A stretch of 64,000 nt of DNA from a virus (taxonomy: Duplodnaviria; Caudoviricetes). Made by a program: the position numbers and the translations under genes. The notes beneath the pieces were generated by a model that saw nothing but the letters and a program-made list of their open reading frames with translations, searched no databases and was not told where the DNA came from. Below are positions 40,645-49,348 of the stretch, piece by piece (within the stretch, counting starts at the first letter, position 1; each line of letters opens with the position of its first letter). The stretch spans positions 160,001 to 224,000 of IMG/VR virus record IMGVR_UViG_3300028886_000036. One strand, 5' to 3'.

Positions 40645-41418
40645 CTAATTGCCAGTATCATCATCGTCTGGGTCTTCATAAGACATACCAGGAACTGTAG
40701 AAGCAAAAGGATTGCCCATTGTGATCGGGGGAGTAAATCCAGCGGGAGGATCGTTGTCATCATTGTTTTGTTGACCCTCTTCCTGTTGTTCTCCACCTTG
40801 CTGGCCATCGCCTTGCTGACCATCACCATGTTGTTCTCCGCCTTGCTGGTCATTGCCTTGTTGTTCTCCACCCTGTTGCTCTCCACCTTGCTCATTACCG
40901 CCTTGTTGCTCTCCACCTTGATTATCATTATTACCAGTGTTCTGTCCAGCCTCATCATTTCTCTTTTTAATTACATCAGTAATAAGTTTAAGGTATCTAT
41001 CCTGTTTTTCAATATAGTTTTCAGTATCTTTCTTAAAGGAAGTTCCATCTCCTTCAGAAAGCATTTCTAAAAGATCTTTATGCTGTTCAATATCAGTAAT
41101 AACAGTATAGTAAATACTAGTTAACTGCGATAATGAATATGCATCAAGCTTCTTCATCATTTCTTCTTTAAGAGTAGATCTTAATTCTTGCTCGGTATAG
41201 ATTGTATTAAGAATTCTATCAATGTTCTTTCTAGCACCTTCTGTATACCCGAAGAAGATAGGGCTCTTTGTAACATCAATATAATCCGCAAATTCAGCAT
41301 ACTCTTCTTCTGGCTCAGATAACGTCTCAATACAATCAAGTGCTTCTGTAAGCTCTTTAACAAAAAACTCAAGTTCAATATCGCTATAAACACTCATATC
41401 AGCAGAAAGTGTTCTCAT
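40645..41418 (-). CDS. acidic protein with Gly/Gln-rich pentapeptide repeats
   Basis: 257 aa; (GGEQQ/GNDQQ/GDGQQ)n tract. Confidence 0.8.
   Translation of the reverse strand: MRTLSADMSVYSDIELEFFVKELTEALDCIETLSEPEEEYAEFADYIDVTKSPIFFGYTEGARKNIDRILNTIYTEQELRSTLKEEMMKKLDAYSLSQLTSIYYTVITDIEQHKDLLEMLSEGDGTSFKKDTENYIEKQDRYLKLITDVIKKRNDEAGQNTGNNDNQGGEQQGGNEQGGEQQGGEQQGNDQQGGEQHGDGQQGDGQQGGEQQEEGQQNNDDNDPPAGFTPPITMGNPFASTVPGMSYEDPDDDDTGN
40785..40920 (-). repeat. degenerate 15-bp tandem repeat (~9 units)
   Basis: Units such as TTGCTCTCCACCTTG encode the QQGGE pentapeptides. Confidence 0.75.
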
Positions 41419-41441
41419 TATTATATCAGACTCCTTTCATA

Positions 41442-42305
41442 TTAGATTTCATACATAAATTTTACTCCAGAAGTTCTATATAGATCTAAGCTACTTTGAA
41501 TACCAACTAGTTCTTTATCTGCATCTTTAAATATTCCGCTAAATTTACCCCACAAACAAATATCATTAATGATATACATCATTTCATCAATTTCAATTGA
41601 ACTAAAATTATACTTATCATGAAGAACTTTCTTCATGGCCGTGAAGATATTATACTTACTATCCTTATGCTTAAAAATTATATAAAACATATCATAAGAT
41701 ATATCATTAAACTTTTTTACATAGCTAAGCATCTTACTAAAATTAATTACATAGTTTCTATCAAACAACGCTTTTGTAAATTCAGGATCATTAATATAAA
41801 GATCAATATCATTATATTCAACTAAAGACCACATTGGATCGAATAAAAGATCAAACATAGAACCGCTGTAATAGTTATTATAACTATCAAGAATAAGTTT
41901 TGTATCAATATTTGTGTTCTTATATTTTTCTTGAACAAACTTCTTCTCTAATTTGTTCAGCTTCTTATCCTCAACTTTAAGATTATTTGAAAGTTTAAAT
42001 AGTTTGTTATATTTACCAAGTTGTAGTTTATCAGTGTCAACAGCATAGTTTAGGATATCATTCCAGTTATATTGATCTTTTAAGGTACTAATTACATGTT
42101 GCTCATAATTAGTACCTTTAAAACCACTTTTCTCTATTGAATGTAATCTTTCTTGCTGATATAACTTATCATAGTTTAATTTATGATCACTATAAAGATA
42201 CTTAATAGCATCAATTAGTTCTGTGTCAAAAAAATCTACTATTTCTTGAATAGGCATCTTCTTAAACGAAGACAATCTAACAAATTGGTTTAATACGTCA
42301 AGCAT
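41442..42305 (-). CDS. hypothetical protein
   Basis: 287-aa ORF. Confidence 0.75.
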   Translation of the reverse strand: MLDVLNQFVRLSSFKKMPIQEIVDFFDTELIDAIKYLYSDHKLNYDKLYQQERLHSIEKSGFKGTNYEQHVISTLKDQYNWNDILNYAVDTDKLQLGKYNKLFKLSNNLKVEDKKLNKLEKKFVQEKYKNTNIDTKLILDSYNNYYSGSMFDLLFDPMWSLVEYNDIDLYINDPEFTKALFDRNYVINFSKMLSYVKKFNDISYDMFYIIFKHKDSKYNIFTAMKKVLHDKYNFSSIEIDEMMYIINDICLWGKFSGIFKDADKELVGIQSSLDLYRTSGVKFMYEI

Positions 42306-44191
42306 GGCATACCTACCATAATCATACTATTATTCAAGTAATCTCCAATCTTAACATTAGCAATCTTATCAAAAATTTTATTCTTATAAACCAGAGCATA
42401 AGTAAACAGTTCAATATACGATTCCTTAAAAATCTCTTGATCCCAAGAAAAGAATTTAACAGTTTCTTCAAATCTAATAATATGCTCTGCATAAACTGTT
42501 TTATCAGTATACTGAATAAGTTCTACCAAAATGTTTCTAGCCAAAGTATACATCTGTTCATTAATCAAAGAAACTAATCCTGCATTTTTTTCCTGCATAA
42601 CTCTATTAGACAAGTATCTAGTATTTGCATAATACAACAAGAGATAAATATCAGTAACTGCAGCTGTAAGACAATTAGCTTCTTCAGAATTGAGCTTCTT
42701 AAATTCAGAGTCATTTAACACGCAGAATTTATATTGATCCTTTTCCATTAAAAGATACTTATCAATAGTTCTAATATCCTTAGGATTTCTACCAACAGTT
42801 TTAATCAACACTTCTAGATACTTCTGTCCAAGCTGCTTAAATTCATCATCATTGGAAAACATTTCATGCCCATCAACAGCACACATTTCAAGAGCTTTAT
42901 AAGCTGAAATTGACAACTCATTAAAGTCTTTATCCGGATACTTATTGCTGTATTCATAAGTTGCCGCAAATACACTAATCGAATAGATCAAAGATGTACA
43001 GGGTATACCAATCATACCCCTATTAACCAACATAACAGGGATTGCTTCTGGATTAAACACTCCAGTTTTCTCAATAGCTTTAATAATACCTTTATACTTC
43101 TTTCTTCTGTCTACCTTATAAGTTTTAGCTAGACAATTCAGAACATCCTTATTAAGATAAACTTTTCTACCTTCCTCCAGTTCAGATTCCTCAATATAAC
43201 TAATTCCCATAACTGGCTCTATCACTTTATCTTCCTCCTTGGGATACAATGTAAATTCATCAACTACATTCCACCCATCTTTATCTCCAACCATTATACC
43301 ACTTTTCTGTTCAATTAGTCTATTAGTATCTGAATGATCTATCGCTTCATCAATCACATCATCCAAATCATTGATATCAAATACAACAGATTCCTTGTTC
43401 TCAGGAATAGATGAGTTATCCACAGGCTTATCCACAATATCCACATTATTAACTTCCTCAACTAAGGAAGTCATATCAATAGTAGACAGACTATTGTTAT
43501 CCCAATCCATTTCAGTATCATAATTAGATTTAGTTTCAATGTATTCCTTGTTAGTAAGTTTTTCAAGCAATCCAGTAATTTTATCAAACTTATCAATAAC
43601 CGAATTAAGTTTGTTATACTTATTGTTAGCTTGAAACATGAATACATACATAGCAATGTTTGAGGCAAAGTTGATTAAGAGCTTACTAATGGTTCTCATC
43701 TCCGCCCTAGACAGAATCATAGTAAGAGTATATTCAGCTTTTACAAACATTACTTTATACAAAGGAATACCACGATTATCAGTAACTGGAATAAATTTAA
43801 GGCTAAGTTTATCATTCAAAACCTTTTGAAATACTACTTTGTTAGTATACTTATTGGATACATACCAGCCATTACTAGTAAGTGTTTTGTTAAAATATTC
43901 TTTAATAGAACTAGCTTCACTATACAAATCGAATACAGTGCTTAACATCGCAGCATTACTTCCATTCAAACTAATCATTTGCTTAACATCATTCACATAA
44001 CTGCTTAAGCATAGCATAACATTGTATTTGTAGATAATGTTGGTAAATACTCCAATCTCGGCATAGATACCAACTTCAGTAAACAACTTATTAGTTAACG
44101 ACCCAAAATTGAAACCAAGTTTACTTTCTTCAATATTGAACCACTCAAACGAAGTTTTTTCTTTTAGATCTGACATTTTAATTCCTCCCAT
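42290..44191 (-). CDS. large hypothetical protein adjacent to the origin; contains internal DnaA boxes
   Basis: 633 aa (likely start MSDLKEK after GGGAGG); has its own sigma70 promoter. Confidence 0.8.
   Translation of the reverse strand: MGGIKMSDLKEKTSFEWFNIEESKLGFNFGSLTNKLFTEVGIYAEIGVFTNIIYKYNVMLCLSSYVNDVKQMISLNGSNAAMLSTVFDLYSEASSIKEYFNKTLTSNGWYVSNKYTNKVVFQKVLNDKLSLKFIPVTDNRGIPLYKVMFVKAEYTLTMILSRAEMRTISKLLINFASNIAMYVFMFQANNKYNKLNSVIDKFDKITGLLEKLTNKEYIETKSNYDTEMDWDNNSLSTIDMTSLVEEVNNVDIVDKPVDNSSIPENKESVVFDINDLDDVIDEAIDHSDTNRLIEQKSGIMVGDKDGWNVVDEFTLYPKEEDKVIEPVMGISYIEESELEEGRKVYLNKDVLNCLAKTYKVDRRKKYKGIIKAIEKTGVFNPEAIPVMLVNRGMIGIPCTSLIYSISVFAATYEYSNKYPDKDFNELSISAYKALEMCAVDGHEMFSNDDEFKQLGQKYLEVLIKTVGRNPKDIRTIDKYLLMEKDQYKFCVLNDSEFKKLNSEEANCLTAAVTDIYLLLYYANTRYLSNRVMQEKNAGLVSLINEQMYTLARNILVELIQYTDKTVYAEHIIRFEETVKFFSWDQEIFKESYIELFTYALVYKNKIFDKIANVKIGDYLNNSMIMVGMPCLTY
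43416..43445 (+). promoter_or_regulatory. intragenic DnaA-box cluster (3 boxes)
   Basis: TTATCCACA 43416-43424, TTATCCACA 43428-43436, ATATCCACA 43437-43445. Confidence 0.75.
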
Positions 44192-44206
44192 TTATTTGTC
44201 AACGTA

Positions 44207-44234
44207 ATTGTAACACACAATTTTTATCTGTCAA
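44207..44234 (-). promoter_or_regulatory. sigma70-type promoter for the leftward arm
   Basis: TTGACA-N16-TACAAT with extended TG, ~20 bp from the DnaA boxes. Confidence 0.6.
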
Positions 44235-44253
44235 GTGTCACATCAGAAAAAGC

Positions 44254-44413
44254 TTATCCACAAGTTATACACAGGTTATCCACAATTTGTTATTTAGTTA
44301 CAATATAGTCAGTTCTAGTTAATTTTACTTTTTTAACATAGTTATCCACATATCCACAGCTCCTACTATTACTGAAAAATAATACATACTACTACGTAGT
44401 ATGTATTATTTTT
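44254..44413. other. oriC-like replication origin: DnaA boxes, DnaA-trios and AT-rich palindrome
   Basis: Boxes at 44254, 44265 and 44276 (11-bp phasing); tandem pair at 44342/44350 followed by GCTC-CTACTATTACT; 18-bp perfect inverted repeat 44375-44413; sits at the coding-strand switch. Confidence 0.8.
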
Positions 44414-44608
44414 GTAAAAACTGACTTTATAGCACTATAAAATTTTTTCTCCGAAAATGGTTATACCCTAAAAAAATGCAAAGCATACTTTTACAGGGTA
44501 TAATAAAGTCGGTCGTGTTTGTTTGCTAATAACAAACACTCCCTCCACTAGATAAACTCAGTCAAAGAAACAATTTGTATCAATCCAATTAACTTTAAAC
44601 TTGAACTA

Positions 44609-44637
44609 TTGACAGCAATGAATAACCAGTGTATAAT
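44609..44637 (+). promoter_or_regulatory. consensus sigma70 promoter
   Basis: TTGACA-N17-TATAAT. Confidence 0.75.
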
Positions 44638-44707
44638 CCAAATTAATATAAAAACATGATTAACAGATTGGTTTAAAAATGCTTATGTGTTCCGCCCAAA
44701 AACACAC

Positions 44708-44737
44708 TTGACAAATTGACCAACTTGTGTATATAAT
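44708..44737 (+). promoter_or_regulatory. sigma70 promoter
   Basis: TTGACA-N18-TATAAT upstream of the 44793 ORF. Confidence 0.6.
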
Positions 44738-44792
44738 CATGTTAGCAAGATTGTATAATCTTGTACATTAAAAAATTTGGAGGAATGCTTCA

Positions 44793-45140
44793 ATGAATGA
44801 ATATAAAATTTTGTTTGGTTTTGCAACGGTAGATTTCAATGAGAATATTGGTATTGTAATTGATGAGACTGATGATTACCTTATTCTTAAGAAGCCTTAT
44901 ACGCTTATTAAGCAGCCTACTAGTAGCGGCTCTATGAGTGTTGCGTTTGTTCCATTTATGATGTCTGCTGGAGTTGGCGACGGAAACAATGTTAAAGTCA
45001 ACAAAACTCAAATAGCTTGGTCAATGGTTGAGCCAGATATAGACGAGAATCTGGTTAATAACTACATCACACAAACCACAGGTTTAGTTGTAGCTGGTTC
45101 AGATGTTAAGTCAGCTGCATCAAAACTTTTAGTCAAATAA
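44793..45140 (+). CDS. Sm/LSm-like fold protein
   Basis: ENIGIVIDETDDYLILKKP...VAFVPFM...LVNNYITQTTGLVV pattern typical of phage Sm-like proteins; RBS GGAGG. Confidence 0.55.
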   Translation: MNEYKILFGFATVDFNENIGIVIDETDDYLILKKPYTLIKQPTSSGSMSVAFVPFMMSAGVGDGNNVKVNKTQIAWSMVEPDIDENLVNNYITQTTGLVVAGSDVKSAASKLLVK

Positions 45141-45145
45141 TTGAA

Positions 45146-45400
45146 ATGGACGGTAGAATATCTAACTACTACCACAACAATATAAGTAACATCTCGTCAG
45201 ATCCTGATCAGTTGTATTATAGAGCTGAAAATGCTATACAACTGCTAATAGATTATTGTTACACCAGAAATTGTGGTGAAGAAGAAAGGGAGAAATTGAA
45301 TGAGCTTTTAGATGCTTTAATTGAGTGTCATGAAAATAGCGAACTGGATTTTGTATATGATAACAACTTGGACGGTGAGGAGGCAATCTATAATGACTAA
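45146..45400 (+). CDS. hypothetical protein
   Basis: 84-aa acidic ORF. Confidence 0.65.
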   Translation: MDGRISNYYHNNISNISSDPDQLYYRAENAIQLLIDYCYTRNCGEEEREKLNELLDALIECHENSELDFVYDNNLDGEEAIYND

Positions 45401-46763
45401 TGCAATTGGATTTGTAAAATGTTATACAAATGATTCCAATTATAATACTAAAGTACTCTATAACGTTATAGATACTAACAAGTATAGAGGATCAAATCTA
45501 GCATTAGCTATTAATGACAAAACTACTACTGGTAAGGACATATCTAATTTCAAGTTGGATATTAAAACCAGTACAAACATATCTAAAGCTCCATCTAAAA
45601 ATAAAGAATCATCCTCATTATTAGGGTTTTATGATGAAGATCTTTTTACTTGCAAGAAAGAACCAAATGTAACACAGATGGGTAATGTATATTACCTAGC
45701 TACAGAAGGAAGTATTACTAATAAAGAAGAGTTATCTAACAGGTACAACTTTGATCAAAAATTAACCTGTACAGAGTTTCTTATGGCATATCTTAAAATG
45801 AACTTTCAATTATTCAATAATCCTAAAGATGCTATAATGGAAACTATTAAGTATCTTGAAGGTAAGTTCAGTTTTATACTATATATAAACCCTCTAAATA
45901 TTGTGTATTGGTATACTACTACTGAATTGTTCTTTAGAAAAGACGAGAATAAGTTTATTATTAGTTCGGATCAAGTTGATTGGGCAGAGGATATGAGATC
46001 TGATCATAAAGTGTTGTATATGAACTCTCTTGATTTTAATATGGTTAGAAGCTTTAAATCGCATAAGGATAAAACTGATATAGTCTACACATGTGTATTT
46101 GATAATACTATTGAATCAGTAGTTGCTATGTATACAGTTAAAGAGTTATTCAATCCTAAAAAGATTAATGTCATAACCAGTTATAAAAATTATCTCGATG
46201 TTCAACAAGCACTACAAAACGATGAAGTATTTAATGTAGTAAGAACTGAAATAGATAAACTTGCAGAGCTTCCAAGTGAAGATTATGATGTGTTTGTAGA
46301 TTCAATCAATATTAATTCACAGTACAGATTGATTTCAGACATTTATAAGATGCAATATAATGCTAATACTGAAGAACCCAATATGAAGTATTATCCAATA
46401 TTTAGAGAACTACGAATCACAGATATTGTAAAACTTGGAATTTATCTAAAGGTTCCATTTGGTAGATTTAAACTGTGTGAAAGAGAAGATAATGAATATT
46501 ATAATACCAATACTGATATGCTGTTTTATAACTGTGGTAATTGTCCTACTTGTATCAGAACAAAGTCTATCTTTGATAAAATTGGATATGATTTAAAAGA
46601 TACAGCTTTTGAAGATCCAGTTATTAAATATAAAGACCATAAGATTATTGACAATCTTAAGATAAAGAACTGTGAAAATTTTATAGATAACTGTATGGAT
46701 GATTTTGATTTTAGTGCTTTAGCAAATACCATAACAAAGGATGCCTTTAAATATGTTGGATAA
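45393..46763 (+). CDS. degenerate class II glutamine amidotransferase - QueC-like fusion
   Basis: Start ATG 45393 after GAGGAGG; GATase-like EGSITN...LEGKFSFILY; QueC-like DIVKLG..LKVP...C...CGNCPTC; PP-loop replaced by DNTIES. Confidence 0.65.
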   Translation: MTNAIGFVKCYTNDSNYNTKVLYNVIDTNKYRGSNLALAINDKTTTGKDISNFKLDIKTSTNISKAPSKNKESSSLLGFYDEDLFTCKKEPNVTQMGNVYYLATEGSITNKEELSNRYNFDQKLTCTEFLMAYLKMNFQLFNNPKDAIMETIKYLEGKFSFILYINPLNIVYWYTTTELFFRKDENKFIISSDQVDWAEDMRSDHKVLYMNSLDFNMVRSFKSHKDKTDIVYTCVFDNTIESVVAMYTVKELFNPKKINVITSYKNYLDVQQALQNDEVFNVVRTEIDKLAELPSEDYDVFVDSININSQYRLISDIYKMQYNANTEEPNMKYYPIFRELRITDIVKLGIYLKVPFGRFKLCEREDNEYYNTNTDMLFYNCGNCPTCIRTKSIFDKIGYDLKDTAFEDPVIKYKDHKIIDNLKIKNCENFIDNCMDDFDFSALANTITKDAFKYVG

Positions 46764-46971
46764 ATTTCGTGAGTACTTTTTTACTGTATTAGGTTTATCT
46801 TATGTATTACTAGAATCTATTATTGTGTTGCTTGTAGTGTTTGGGATGTTTGTTATAGCTATACTAATGACTATTTGTATTACTCCGTTAGCAATAATAA
46901 TAGGTATTTACAAATTACTAGAAACATGTTACTATAAGGTAAAGGGGAGATTTTTAACAGATGAATTATAA
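46741..46971 (+). CDS. small membrane protein
   Basis: Long hydrophobic stretch. Confidence 0.6.
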   Translation: MPLNMLDKFREYFFTVLGLSYVLLESIIVLLVVFGMFVIAILMTICITPLAIIIGIYKLLETCYYKVKGRFLTDEL

Positions 46972-47242
46972 TGTAATTACAGAAGCACTCTTATTTACCT
47001 CAGTGTGGATTCTAATATTAATGCTGATAGATATAGTTGAATTTCATTTCAAGAATAACCTAAATAAACTTAAAGGAATCAGTTATAAATTTGCAATGAT
47101 GCTTCTTTTTATCTGGTTTTTTGGATTGAGTCACAATGTGACAAACGACCCCTTGACAAATACAATTTCACAGTATATAATGCTCTTACACTTGAACTTT
47201 GCAGGATATATTGCAGGAGTTACTAAGTACTTGACATTTTAG
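46961..47242 (+). CDS. small multi-TM membrane protein
   Basis: 93 aa with three hydrophobic segments; RBS GGGAG. Confidence 0.6.
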   Translation: MNYNVITEALLFTSVWILILMLIDIVEFHFKNNLNKLKGISYKFAMMLLFIWFFGLSHNVTNDPLTNTISQYIMLLHLNFAGYIAGVTKYLTF

Positions 47243-47258
47243 AAAGGGGTAATTTAAT

Positions 47259-47423
47259 ATGAATCAGGAAGTTGAATTGAAAGTTGCATTGGCTAATGTG
47301 ATTAAGCAGGTTATCACAGACTGGCAAGATGATATTGGTTATGATTGGACCAATAAAGAATGTGCTAAATATGTTGCTAAGGAGATCCTTAAAAAGTTTA
47401 AAGTGGAGCCTATTGACAAATAA
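47259..47423 (+). CDS. small hypothetical protein (54 aa)
   Basis: MNQEVELKVALANVIKQ...; RBS AAGGGG; promoter TTGACA-N17-TATAAT at 47153-47181. Confidence 0.6.
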   Translation: MNQEVELKVALANVIKQVITDWQDDIGYDWTNKECAKYVAKEILKKFKVEPIDK

Positions 47424-47582
47424 TGGATATTAAGTATAATATGTTTATTGCGGGTTTTGGAAGAGATCTAGAACCCAAAGAGGAAGAAAAGAAGCCAGTT
47501 ATTATTGGTAGAAATAAGTTTGTTTCATATTGTGTATCTAGAGCTAATCTTGGTACTAATACTAAAAGGTTTTTAAAAACAC

Positions 47583-47610
47583 TTGACAAGTAATTTTTAT
47601 ATAGTATAAT
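47583..47610 (+). promoter_or_regulatory. sigma70 promoter for the sRNA/tRNA region
   Basis: TTGACA-N16-TATAAT. Confidence 0.65.
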
Positions 47611-47615
47611 ATCAC

Positions 47616-47800
47616 CTAGAAATGCTAGTTTCCCTCCTCCCTGCCGTGTTGCGCGTCTTTGTTATACACTCCTTTACATTGTGGAGATCTTTTCTAGCAT
47701 TTCTGCTCCACTCCTTATTATGTTTTAATACAGAACTATCTATAGCTAACTTAGTTAGAACCTCTAAAGAGAAGGTCTTGGTAGTTCTACTTCTTACTTT
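47616..47800 (+). ncRNA. candidate sRNA rich in anti-Shine-Dalgarno motifs
   Basis: Stem AGAAATGCTAG/CTAGCATTTCT enclosing CCCTCCTCCC and ACTCCTTT, followed by CTCCACTCCTT. Confidence 0.4.
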
Positions 47801-47810
47801 CTAACATCGC

Positions 47811-47904
47811 GGAGACGTGGGTGAGTAGTCGAAACCACTAGTCTTGAAAACTAGTATACCGTAAATTCGGTATCCCGAGTGCAAATCTTTCGGCGTCTCC
47901 GCCA
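47811..47904 (+). tRNA. tRNA-Ser(TGA)
   Basis: Acceptor GGAGACG/CGTCTCC, anticodon loop CTTGAAA, long variable arm, CCA end; atypical T-arm. Confidence 0.85.
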
Positions 47905-47953
47905 TATATTTGAACCTTATATAATTAAATAAATTTGAAAGGGGAAGGTTTGC

Positions 47954-48607
47954 ATGACTGAAACTATGACTGTGCATCAGGCACTTTGTGAAGTAAAGCT
48001 TGCTGATAAGAAGATTAATCAAATGTTTTCTAATGCTAATGATTTTACTGTGATTGGAGTTAATACTAATCCTGATAGTGCTAAAGCGAATGTTAAGGGT
48101 ATTGATCTTGATACCTTTATTAATAATGCTAAATCCAGCTATCAGAAGATTAAAGATATCTTCAATAGAGTAGATGCGATTAAAGCAGCTATTAGTAAAT
48201 CTAATGCAGCTACTATGATTAATGTTGGTGGTAAAACTATGTCTGTTGCAGAAGCTATTTATCAGATGAAGTATGGTATTAAGAATAAGAAGAATCTGAT
48301 TGCAAATCTGCAAAAGCAAAGTAGCTATGTCCAGATTTCTTTTAGAACTGCTGAAATGGCAGTTGAAGAAAAGCTTGAAAAAAGTGTAATTGCTCTCTTT
48401 GGAAAAGATAACATTAAAGCTAATACTGATGAAGTACTTGATTATAAAGACAAGTACAAGAAAAAGTATATGCCGGTTATTGTGGATCCTATCAATATTC
48501 AAGACGCTATTAATAAACTCTCTGAAGAGATTGATCAGTTTGAAATGAATGTTGATAGTGCTATTCAGGTTAGCAATGCTACTACTATGATTACTATTGA
48601 ATATTAG
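47954..48607 (+). CDS. coiled-coil protein upstream of the large ncRNA
   Basis: 217 aa; internal repeat MTVHQAL / MSVAEAI; ends VDSAIQVSNATTMITIEY. Confidence 0.85.
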   Translation: MTETMTVHQALCEVKLADKKINQMFSNANDFTVIGVNTNPDSAKANVKGIDLDTFINNAKSSYQKIKDIFNRVDAIKAAISKSNAATMINVGGKTMSVAEAIYQMKYGIKNKKNLIANLQKQSSYVQISFRTAEMAVEEKLEKSVIALFGKDNIKANTDEVLDYKDKYKKKYMPVIVDPINIQDAINKLSEEIDQFEMNVDSAIQVSNATTMITIEY

Positions 48608-48621
48608 GAGTTGTAATAGCT

Positions 48622-48756
48622 ATGGTTGATCCTAATACTGTTACTATTATTATTGGCTTTCTTTCTCTGGCTTGGTACATTGTTATTCTGTGCAATGTGA
48701 TTGGAATTAACAAATCTCTTAAAAAGTTAGTAGAATTGGAACTTACCAATAAGTAA
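48622..48756 (+). CDS. single-TM peptide (44 aa)
   Basis: MVDPNTVTIIIGFLSLAWYIVILC...; RBS AGGAG. Confidence 0.6.
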   Translation: MVDPNTVTIIIGFLSLAWYIVILCNVIGINKSLKKLVELELTNK

Positions 48757-48772
48757 AACTTTGAACAAATAT

Positions 48773-49277
48773 TGGATATCTATCGAAAGTTCTAAACACT
48801 GAATTTCATAAGTTTTAGTGGGTTTCTTATGTAAAAGAAAAAACCCACTCCACTTATAAAGAATAACGACTGTATTGCACGCACAGCCTAAATTCTTCTT
48901 TATTTGCCTACCTGAACTGGGCTAGATAAAGAGATAAATGATCTTGTGAATCATTTACCCTATAAAATCGCTATGCTGATGAAGCCTAATTCAGCGGGAT
49001 TGAGTAGATGATTACTGATTATTCTTTATTAAGTACTGTTTAATTAGTAGTTAGAGTTCAAATAATAGGTGTGACTCGGCCTAACTTATCTAATACTTAG
49101 TAGAGTATGGATTGGATTTATAAGTGATACCTCTGAGGAAGTATCCTCCAGTCTTACAGTAGAATGTAAACATGCTCGCATTAATAAGCTAATGATTGAT
49201 GAAATCTAGGATAACAGGTCATAACTACTTGAATTCAGTTTTGAGTTTGAACAGACCTCCTAGCTGATAGGTATCCA
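48773..49277 (+). ncRNA. large structured ncRNA candidate (~505 nt) with pseudoknots
   Basis: 12-bp terminal helix TGGATATCTATC/GATAGGTATCCA, many internal helices, two pseudoknots, no ORF. Confidence 0.75.
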
Positions 49278-49289
49278 CTATTTATACAC

Positions 49290-49317
49290 TTGACAGATAA
49301 AAATCTTATGCTATAAT
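49290..49317 (+). promoter_or_regulatory. sigma70 promoter, extended -10
   Basis: TTGACA-N16-TATAAT with TG. Confidence 0.65.
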
Positions 49318-49348
49318 AAACTCATCCTAAATGAAAGAGGTAATGATT

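Noticed and set aside
40641-41070. Alternative-frame ORFs over the GQ repeat
   Set aside because: Shadow frames kept open by the 15-bp repeat
47801-48502. 233-aa minus-strand ORF and 67-aa ORF at 49781..49984
   Set aside because: Antisense to a real gene and to tRNAs; no RBS
48773-49277. tmRNA, RNase P or group I/II intron identity for the large RNA
   Set aside because: No tRNA-Ala-like T-arm or tag ORF, no GAGGAAAGUCC-type core, no R/S elements or domain V found by eye
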